A DNA stretch of 64,000 nucleotides, from assembly GCA_041663445.1 (NCBI GenBank), contig JBAYMR010000003.1, positions 21,123 to 85,122 on the forward strand, written 5' to 3'. Below, piece by piece: positions 58,301 to 64,000 of this stretch. Position 1 is the stretch's first letter. Each line of letters opens with the position of its first letter. Made by a program: the position numbers and the translations under genes. The notes under the pieces are model-generated. The model had not been told where the DNA came from and searched no databases. It saw only the letters and a list, made by a program, of their open reading frames with translations. This stretch comes from Candidatus Micrarchaeia archaeon (GTDB taxonomy: Archaea; Micrarchaeota; Micrarchaeia; Anstonellales; Anstonellaceae).

Positions 58301-58774
58301 TCCGCAGCTCTTGTAATCATCAATGGGGTGCACCGTGCCGTTTGCGTCCTTGTAGTGCGTGATTTTGCACGAGGCCATTCCCTGCTCGCTCGTGTTGATT
58401 GGGTCGCACGCCTTTTCGCCTGCCCCATCGACTATTTCCATTCCTTCGAACGTGAAGTGCAATGCCGAGCAGTTGAGCGGATCCACTTCGGCCGTGAAAT
58501 TGTCAATCGAGTAATTGCCCATCTGGTGCAAGTCGTCGAGGTTTCCTGCCTCGGTCACTTTTTTTGTCACTTCCGCTATCGCGGTTTCATTGTACTGGCT
58601 GAAGTAAGTGATATTGAGGAAGGTCACCCTCACGGTGACATTGGTCTCGTTCACCGATGTCGAGATGAACGTGCTGAAGGCCGCGTCGGAGTAGGGCGCC
58701 TGGGCAAGCGCAAGATGCGCCTGCAGCGCCAGCAGTAAGAGAAAAAGCCCTGATGCTGGTACGGCTGACCTCAT
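52292..58774 (-). CDS. Giant (2160 aa) membrane-anchored hypothetical protein
   Basis: Signal peptide, Cys-containing ~180-aa domain, TM helix FPAMLIAGLLIAAMYY, then ~1900 aa of charged, helical sequence. Confidence 0.85.
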   Translation of the reverse strand: MRSAVPASGLFLLLLALQAHLALAQAPYSDAAFSTFISTSVNETNVTVRVTFLNITYFSQYNETAIAEVTKKVTEAGNLDDLHQMGNYSIDNFTAEVDPLNCSALHFTFEGMEIVDGAGEKACDPINTSEQGMASCKITHYKDANGTVHPIDDYKSCGYVTIRADSMVRGSAKFPEASQTAVVCPVSNAGLSAFAPAIYKAISDRNRLPFCFPAMLIAGLLIAAMYYAGRDPLSLFDITTPKLPKAKTFRVRMGQSPQMLRQVKRRYMMIGVKSRRDSVKEIARFARKNGMDAEKAKKEMQNLYDKAEKMMGGKEPLSDADRAMLLRDWNNLMGKYAPVKRKDESNISFKWKMHDYERSLKLSSGLLTIYLDTHAAMKMMEAARSRGGTNILSKKVSKGLDKTTKAVNAFESSKIVNILGYVPFVGHVLTIPGKVLDVGAQFRSSRAAIKGVRNEMLGQMAYRAGHDKNGKPKRIYKMFESLHVKDGKKTKFGKYYEKITGKSWAAFETKHDLLTKRLVTLYNTVNSKAQHETDQLNRMFAALGFNVLSSIPTRSNASRKLAAELRKILPKKEQDKRELDDLARRKGMEYIFEKIKKQLREKVNSKESHELAAALDKLYSGNGMDKNGKNLETADLDRQLKQIVKTIDGLKGLSKTDKDVAKAFATQLRESIGYEQEVARIINDRGMNQQKKLEELLELAKKASKSDKETMEYLTTLGTAIKTFGEVEKGLKEKMLIYLSNEEDAKNIYKIIEKKDVEIEMDSRDKVGKEKRLREKYGDDLVNELFKHRELYASLIDLRSAATSGKGVAGAVEKMKQQMEKAGVALSDADRAALDKLASGAKGGTLSQKELNAARKTLDSLKSLKEAENVTFKAYDDRRKEMKKYLLDGKNAQEIYAKYESITTGIMDALIKKLDRQLENRGKDGRLPDIDFGQMVREGCWFGKNPLELFMIYAMKKHGIEDEFLYKKDGNGNLKLDEKGKPIPVFTNIDALDQFFGKVIGNPDSAREEYLFQQKVREIMAGRKDATTPANMSKDPLETMLKSILTDMKKYNTDWVARNYAATEILHGGKDAARYMASGNAAAYDVRTSGTFKTNMDYLRFEKPAYRREMGYAEYKSHDVEGLIFENRGWEAIFGFTVSHKWEGSSRGDNVLGLLDATRRAYNDDLKKYEKFYQGLVHGESIFYDKKFADDMKKRGILKTGEKGLAVFDVDAYDAIIDRGYRWGDMKNGVGLLLSVDRKSVPMVEFDQKYMTWQKGKDGKLLPIEQRDGIVRKGDVPNYAALVARTMGSFYTSREIGFVILKKDTYKDKDGNEKIRWIYTDPFKEKEAQAMAMGAEKRVAFRKEIIESMVKINEGSKPEDAGLRVVSTRDFNEYGRKKSDAFGEYTGLDRTREWIRSKYYGYAMRSAESSYGAFADRLDKMQEWYSAQYQLRQALDRFGGAISEEMMDGNKRWKTGNAALDRIDEMYAAKKIKSDDFKTQLDASDRNRLTNEMENLAKGKDVTYWEGKQAWWHEWRGRIASTVVKDIGEAENNYYNARLELRALDKLHARGEIADSKYDALRSEIQDKKNEMRREYREAKHDYGDLNRMLITWNGSHGSGPTYNPARTMWNMGIVSRLLDSHQVQGQKDVFYEITESSVMRDPRTAIGAGAPGMDWAWYVGYHTGQNVYERARFWATNSLWEQHMHLQLNIAYAVHKWWNDKISFMARYTTGYPAPVKSDMMYAPDHEHRGPTSYMKAPFIALFQAKTYTDFFKARLQDTVTFTGVGHMIAAHQATGGYDRGEEGRSWVRNQLDKMGMESHQYWDTPYQLSLQQRYIDQVREFDKFIEKNGGLDVDVNGEKIGLAEANRRLSEAAIEMDIAKEKTYTDALFKTLDNAANFNDKRGRYIRDVLSGRDIAEDGSRNRFLDMYIMFHTNVFTPTIPGMLQSAPIGSGEWHSFPQVARTVDNADEKSHLGTLKSYWEARYDQDTKEIYFTDRFQTRMDSVAENYKTDVPVMMHLMKMQSREVNYSSINNYTLAFMSPVWVPIIRGAYKNLAYLNPAMSSLSSTFEEPLLTRKVNRLINHAPKEHRQKPEEYEYPRDLYQSRWVSRFKAQNLVQMGERTSDYLSQFAPARWVIRKMKRAHYISSPGSRRISDNTREEYMELALITGNYGSDYDVY

Positions 58775-58854
58775 GGTGTCTCCCAGATTGTTTTCGCCCT
58801 CTCATTCTTATAAATATGCTTCCCGAAATAGGCGAAAGGGCAGGTGCTGGCGCG

Positions 58855-60288
58855 ATGTTTGGATACCTTCTGACAACCCCCGCGGAACTGCTTGCGAACA
58901 GCAACGTATTCATGGCTTTCGCATTTGCAGTCTCCATCATCTCGCTCTCTTACATGGCGGGCGAGTTCATGTCCATGGCAAGCCTGAAAGGGTTTGCCAA
59001 GGCGGAGCTTTACGAGCTGGGCGTGAGTGCAGTCATACTCGTTCTCCTTCTTGTCATGATCACTCCCGACGGGCCGTTCGACATGGTTTCGCGCGGATTC
59101 ATGCCATCCGTCAGCCCCACCGGCTCCGGGCCCGAGCTTTGCGAGCAATGGAAGGAGATACACAAGCCCGTGGTGCTTGACCCGCTGACCGGCACATGGT
59201 TCGCGCAGAATGGCAACATTGCATTCGGCTCCGCCAACTATTTCCTGGGCTGCAAGCCCAAAATCAGCAACATCATCCACGCTTTTTCAGGCTGGACCGA
59301 CCCGTCATCGGGCGTGCCCGCAGATATTTTTCCCGGCGTGATTTCGTCCCGCCTGATGAAAGGCTACACCTCGCTCATGCTTACCCAGATGTTCACGGGT
59401 TTCCTGTCCGGGCTTTCCACCAACATCCCGCTCATCTTCATGGGAATTCCCCTTGAAATAGGGTTCATGCCGTTCGTCGGCATCGGGCCAGTCAATCAGG
59501 CGCACACAGGGATTGTCGACCTGCTGGGCACGGTGTTTGCTGCTTTCACTGCGCAGAACATGCTGCTGACTTTCATCGAGGAAGCCGCGATTCCCGTTTT
59601 CCTCCCGTTCGGCATGATACTGCGCGCCTTCCCTTTCAGCAGGAAAACCGGCTCCACCATAATCGCCGTGGTGGTGGCCGCGTATTTCGTCTATCCCCTG
59701 TCCATCCTGTTAAACCAGCAGATATGGCTCATGGTTGTCTCCCCGCCATGCCCCGCCGGCTTCCAATGCCTCGCAGTGGGTGCGACATGCCAAAACGACG
59801 AGGATTGCGCCTCGTTCGACTGCCGCGCGGAAAGGTGCGTGGTGCCGCTCACGGACTTCACGGAATACCATTCAATCTATTCGCTCTGCAAAGGCACATA
59901 CACCCCGTCCAATTCGGAGAGGACGCTGTCCATCATTGGGATGGAACAGGACAAGCGCATGATGGAGATGTATTTCTCGGGCACGCCTACCAGCGTGGAA
60001 CCCACAAAAACCGAGGGGCGGCTGCACGACGGGTTTTTATCTCTTATTGAAAGGCACGGCATATCCGCATTGAAGTTCGGAACATCGTTCCTTTTTGCGC
60101 CAGTCGGGGCTGCCGCACAGACCGCGTTCAGCGAAATCGAGGTGTTGGTGATGGATGCAGGGCAATACGCCCTGCTCGCACTAATATTCACGGTGTTAAC
60201 AGTGGTCATATCCCTTACCATGCTCAAGGACATCGCCATATTGATAGGGGGCGAGCCGCGCGTGTTCGGGCTTTCAAAACTGGTGTAA
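58855..60288 (+). CDS. Polytopic membrane protein, CedA/VirB6-like paralog 1
   Basis: AKAELYELGVSAVIL; LPFGMILRAFPFSRKTGSTIIA...YFVYP; Cys-rich loop; C-terminal IGGEPRVFGLSKLV. Confidence 0.65.
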   Translation: MFGYLLTTPAELLANSNVFMAFAFAVSIISLSYMAGEFMSMASLKGFAKAELYELGVSAVILVLLLVMITPDGPFDMVSRGFMPSVSPTGSGPELCEQWKEIHKPVVLDPLTGTWFAQNGNIAFGSANYFLGCKPKISNIIHAFSGWTDPSSGVPADIFPGVISSRLMKGYTSLMLTQMFTGFLSGLSTNIPLIFMGIPLEIGFMPFVGIGPVNQAHTGIVDLLGTVFAAFTAQNMLLTFIEEAAIPVFLPFGMILRAFPFSRKTGSTIIAVVVAAYFVYPLSILLNQQIWLMVVSPPCPAGFQCLAVGATCQNDEDCASFDCRAERCVVPLTDFTEYHSIYSLCKGTYTPSNSERTLSIIGMEQDKRMMEMYFSGTPTSVEPTKTEGRLHDGFLSLIERHGISALKFGTSFLFAPVGAAAQTAFSEIEVLVMDAGQYALLALIFTVLTVVISLTMLKDIAILIGGEPRVFGLSKLV

Positions 60289-60305
60289 CGCAGTGCGCAG
60301 CATGA

Positions 60306-61274
60306 TTGAAAAATGAAAATGGTGTCTTGATGTACCTGTTGTCAGCAGCATACTCGTCCGATTCCATGCTTAGCCTGGTGGGCACCATGATCGGGACCGG
60401 CGCCGCCACCATGGTGTTCATGCTTGCCCTTTTCTACATGGCAGCCCAGTTTTTCAAGAAGCCCGAGTATGAGGCGTTTGTCTCGATAGAAATCTACCAG
60501 CTCGCAGTTTCGCTCATGCTGTTCACCACGATATTCGGCGCCGCCTATTTTGCAAACGAGTTGTCTGCCTCGTTTTCATCCGCCATTTCCGGCACCAGCG
60601 GGGACGCATTCGACGTGGGGAGCAACTACCTCAACTACGTGGCAAACGAGGTTGCATTGCAGGCCATAAAGAAGCTCCAGGGGCTGATGCTCCTCTCGCA
60701 GTGGATGGGCTCCATCACCATGCGCTTTGGCGCCGGGGTGTGGGGCGTGGTCGTGCCCGCATTCCCCTCTTTCATAGTGATAGAGAAGGTGATGGAGTTC
60801 CTGCTCATGCTGGTTTCACCGTTCACTGCCAGCCTGATTGTGCAGCAGGTGGGGTTGCAGATCATCAAGGCGACCATGCTGCCATTTGTCCTTCCGATGG
60901 GCGTGGTGCTGCGCATCTTCCCGCCCACCCGCGACGCAGGCTCGTTCATCATCTCGACCGCGTTGGCATTCCAGGTAATATTTCCCTTCAGTTACGTGAT
61001 GCATGCCCAGATAGTGAAAGGCATACTCATCCCGAACGCATATGCCAATGAAAAGAACGTCGCCGACTACATGACGAACACGCTCGGAGCCGGCAGGCTG
61101 ACTGCATTTGTGAGCGAGAACGGGCTTTTTGACATAACCAGCATGCTATTCAGCCCCATCCTGTCGCTTTCCTTCCTGCTCCTGCAGGCGGTTTTCCTTC
61201 CCGCGCTCAGCATGGTGCTCACAGTGGCATTTATCAAGAGCTTCAATAAATTCATAAGCCAGAAATTCAGCTGA
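60306..61274 (+). CDS. Polytopic membrane protein, CedA/VirB6-like paralog 2
   Basis: VSIEIYQLAVSLML; LPMGVVLRIFPPTRDAGSFIIS...VIFP. Start uncertain. Confidence 0.65.
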   Translation: MKNENGVLMYLLSAAYSSDSMLSLVGTMIGTGAATMVFMLALFYMAAQFFKKPEYEAFVSIEIYQLAVSLMLFTTIFGAAYFANELSASFSSAISGTSGDAFDVGSNYLNYVANEVALQAIKKLQGLMLLSQWMGSITMRFGAGVWGVVVPAFPSFIVIEKVMEFLLMLVSPFTASLIVQQVGLQIIKATMLPFVLPMGVVLRIFPPTRDAGSFIISTALAFQVIFPFSYVMHAQIVKGILIPNAYANEKNVADYMTNTLGAGRLTAFVSENGLFDITSMLFSPILSLSFLLLQAVFLPALSMVLTVAFIKSFNKFISQKFS

Positions 61275-61280
61275 TATTGT

Positions 61281-62570
61281 ATGGCAAGCAAAAACCTATT
61301 GATTGTGGCGGGCATCCTGCTTTTGCTTTTCGCCAGCTTCGGCTGCACCAGCCCGCCTTCGGGCGCTGCCACGCCCAAAACCAGCTCAATGGGCTGGAAC
61401 CTGCTCGTAGGCGTGGCAGTGATGATAGTGGTGCTGCTGCTTGCGCTTGGCTACATGGTCGCGGCTTTCTTGGGTGATGACCGGCTCAAGGCATGGGTGA
61501 GCCGCGAGCTTGGGCAGGTCTTCTTCTCAGTGGTGATAATCGTCGTTGTGGTCGCGCTTGCAGGCTCTCTTGACCAGTGGCTGAATCTGCTCTCCCTTGC
61601 AGGTGGCTCCACTTGGCAGAATTACGTGAGCACCGGGGTGTGCTGCCCGGCAGGAGGCGCATGCAGTTTCCCAACAAGCAGCCAGCCGCGCGGAAGGGCG
61701 TGCCACATTGAAATCGCCTCGGACTACCTACAGGTCCTCTATGAAAGCACAAGGCAAAGCGCGAGCGCCGACCTGAGCAACTACGGGATGTTCGCCTTTC
61801 TATCCCATCTATCGGTAAGTAAGTCTCTTGTGCTCAAATACCTGGCTATAAACTCCACCATGCCATTCGCAGGCCTGGAGCTTGCTGCCGAATTCTTCTC
61901 GAACCTGTTCGACCTTTCCATAAAGACCATGATGCTTTTGCGTGCGCAGCAGATTTTCCTGGACTTCATGTGGTATCCGCTGTTTCCTGTGATGCTTTCC
62001 ATGGGCTTGGTGCTGCGCATATTCTATTTCACGCGCAAGCTAGGGGGACTGATGATTGCGCTGGGCCTTTCCTTCTACGTGGTTTTCCCCATGTTCTACG
62101 TTCTTGCCAACGGCATCATGTGGGGCTTCATGGACAATCCCGCCTCGCTTTCGGTTGGCATGACATATAATTCCGACCAGACAACCGGCACGCCCCTGCC
62201 ACTGTATGGCCAGAACCAGCTTGCGCCGCAGCAGCGCGCCAAGAACGTGTTTAACTCTGGCACATCGGTGGATATTGACATCTGCAACGCAAGCACGGTG
62301 CAGGAGTTCAATGCTGCTGCCAGCGAGTTTGACAGGTTCGGCAGTTCCTGGAACACGTTTGAAGGCGGCAAATGGTATCAGCAGTTCTGGACGTTCATAT
62401 CTGTCCGTGCATTTTCCTTAGACGGGCCCATCGCCAACCTCGCATTCCTCATGGTTTTCACCATGATTATCCCGTTCCTTTCGCTCATGACGTCTCTTGC
62501 CGCATTCAAGGTGCTCTCGCCCATGATAGGCGGAGATGTGGAAATCTCACTGCTCTCGAGGCTGATATGA
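61281..62570 (+). CDS. Polytopic membrane protein with lipobox-like N-terminus, CedA/VirB6-like paralog 3
   Basis: ASFG|C; VSRELGQVFFSVVII; MGLVLRIFYFTRKLGGLMIA...YVVFP; C-terminal IGGDVEISLLSRLI. Confidence 0.65.
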   Translation: MASKNLLIVAGILLLLFASFGCTSPPSGAATPKTSSMGWNLLVGVAVMIVVLLLALGYMVAAFLGDDRLKAWVSRELGQVFFSVVIIVVVVALAGSLDQWLNLLSLAGGSTWQNYVSTGVCCPAGGACSFPTSSQPRGRACHIEIASDYLQVLYESTRQSASADLSNYGMFAFLSHLSVSKSLVLKYLAINSTMPFAGLELAAEFFSNLFDLSIKTMMLLRAQQIFLDFMWYPLFPVMLSMGLVLRIFYFTRKLGGLMIALGLSFYVVFPMFYVLANGIMWGFMDNPASLSVGMTYNSDQTTGTPLPLYGQNQLAPQQRAKNVFNSGTSVDIDICNASTVQEFNAAASEFDRFGSSWNTFEGGKWYQQFWTFISVRAFSLDGPIANLAFLMVFTMIIPFLSLMTSLAAFKVLSPMIGGDVEISLLSRLI

Positions 62571-63914
62571 TTGGCAAAAATTAGCAGAATCTCAATCGTG
62601 CTTGCCGCATTGCTCACGCTCCTGCTGCTTTCAGGCAGGCTTTACCCAGGCAACCTGATAGACGGGCTTTTCAGCCCGGCAAGCTCGCTCACGACGTGTG
62701 CGCCCAACCCGGGATTTGCAAGCGTGCTTGAATGGGCTGGGCTTTCCCTCGTTGCAATCATGATCGGAGTGGTATGGGCAACGATAGGGCAGGTGCTGGG
62801 CGGCACGTTTGGCGGGCAAAAATACAACGAGTTCATCAAGGGCATGCTATGGGGTGCAGTGGAAACCGCGGCTCTCTTGGGACTATTCCTCTCGCTCTTT
62901 TCCGTACTTTGGCCATTCGGCATGGAAAATCTGGACAAGGCGCGCGCATATGCTGTGCTCACCAAAAATACGGTCCAATTCGATTTTGCCATATTGCTTT
63001 CAACCAACGTGTTCATAGGTTTTCTCGCCAATTTCAGTCCCCCTCTCAAGATGCCTGGCAAGATATTCGTCACATTCGGGGTCCAGTTCGCCCCCATGCT
63101 CAAGCCTCTAATGGACATACTCGGCACTGCCATGCAGCTCATCACCACTGCGGTGGTGATGTGGAACGCACAGGAATTCCTGCTCTGCTTCATCAAGTCC
63201 AACATGCTTACCATACTCCTTCCCGCCGGCTTTTTCCTGCGCGGCTTTGGCGTCAAGGCAGGCGGCAACGCGCTTCTCGGCATTGCGATTTCATTGTTTT
63301 TTGTCTATCCTTACATGGTAAACATGACTGGCGAGGTGGTAGCAAATCACCTCGTGCTCGAGCGCGCGTATGAAGACTCGCCCCATCTATGGGGCGACTG
63401 CCACAACCGGCCAATCTGTTGCCTGATTGTCGGGAGTGCCCGCCCGAGCAGTATGAACGAGCCATTCATCAAAAACGGCGTAAACTGGGCGACGGATTTG
63501 GACTATCGCATCTCGCCGGAAAAGGTCAATCAGGGTATGTTTGACATGAAGTTCGACAACCAGGTGGCGGGTGGGGGCAATGCAAACAGCTGGTGTATGT
63601 ACAATACGGCCGTGAGCAATGCTTACAAGGCATTCCTCAGCCCCATCATGGCCACTGGCTTTGTCGGCGGTGCTGGCGCAGCAGGAACGCTTGTAGTGCT
63701 GAAATACCTCAACCTCGGTCTGCTTGCAGTAAGTGCAGTAATCCCAATCTCCATGTTCACCTTCTATATAATGAGCGACATCATGTACTTTGTCTTCGTG
63801 GTCACCATGATAGTGCCGCTTTTCATAATCTTCGTCACGCTCACATTGGCAAAGGAAATCGCCAAGGTGCTTGGCACCGAGATAGACCTAAGCTCGCTTG
63901 AGAAGCTGATATGA
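62571..63914 (+). CDS. Polytopic membrane protein, CedA/VirB6-like paralog 4
   Basis: LPAGFFLRGFGVKAGGNALLGIA...FVYP; Cys-containing loop; C-terminal LGTEIDLSSLEKLI. Confidence 0.62.
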   Translation: MAKISRISIVLAALLTLLLLSGRLYPGNLIDGLFSPASSLTTCAPNPGFASVLEWAGLSLVAIMIGVVWATIGQVLGGTFGGQKYNEFIKGMLWGAVETAALLGLFLSLFSVLWPFGMENLDKARAYAVLTKNTVQFDFAILLSTNVFIGFLANFSPPLKMPGKIFVTFGVQFAPMLKPLMDILGTAMQLITTAVVMWNAQEFLLCFIKSNMLTILLPAGFFLRGFGVKAGGNALLGIAISLFFVYPYMVNMTGEVVANHLVLERAYEDSPHLWGDCHNRPICCLIVGSARPSSMNEPFIKNGVNWATDLDYRISPEKVNQGMFDMKFDNQVAGGGNANSWCMYNTAVSNAYKAFLSPIMATGFVGGAGAAGTLVVLKYLNLGLLAVSAVIPISMFTFYIMSDIMYFVFVVTMIVPLFIIFVTLTLAKEIAKVLGTEIDLSSLEKLI

Positions 63915-63927
63915 AAGGGTAGATTTC

Positions 63928-64000
63928 ATGACTGATATGGCTGCAATGGCATGCGACCCGGTGATGCGGGGCCAGCTAGGGGGAATGCTGCTTGGAGGGG
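63928..64000 (+). CDS. 5' start of a further gene of the cluster (runs off the window)
   Basis: ATG 13 nt after the previous stop; open frame MTDMAAMACDPVMRGQLGGMLLGG... to the window end. Confidence 0.4.
   Translation, partial: MTDMAAMACDPVMRGQLGGMLLGG

Noticed and set aside
50050-64000. Prophage or conjugative plasmid
   Set aside because: No capsid, terminase, integrase, relaxase or att repeats are visible in the window. This cannot be fully excluded because the locus runs off the right edge.

Overview
Archaeal chromosomal window. It is GC-rich and probably DPANN, most likely Micrarchaeota; that placement is my inference from gene content and style. The housekeeping backbone comprises trpS, rps8e, cgi121, the psmA-SBDS-rrp4-rrp41-rrp42-rpl37ae-rpoP-pcc1-pfdB proteasome/exosome cluster, a DHH phosphoesterase, purA, intron-containing tRNA-Thr(GGT), htpX, rtcB with a LAGLIDADG intein, rpl15e-rnp3-rnp2 and speD. 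A Tad/type IV pilus locus (ATPase, two platform proteins, class III pilin) contains an inserted ~990-aa disordered protein. The best candidate for an undescribed system is at 50-64 kb. There a divergent locus encodes, on the minus strand, a 2160-aa membrane-anchored protein coupled to a lipoprotein with a glycoside-hydrolase-like region and a lytic-transglycosylase (SLT) domain. On the plus strand it encodes at least four paralogous CedA/VirB6-like polytopic membrane proteins. Together these resemble a T4SS/Ced-like cell-contact apparatus with a wall-lytic enzyme. Smaller signals include a 940-bp transposase-less element with terminal inverted repeats and a target-site duplication carrying two AT-rich genes. 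The 3' ends of rps8e (synonymously recoded) and tRNA-Thr are each echoed a short distance downstream, and hairpin arrays lie around tRNA-Thr and upstream of rpl15e. All family assignments come from motif recognition by eye; no database searches were run.
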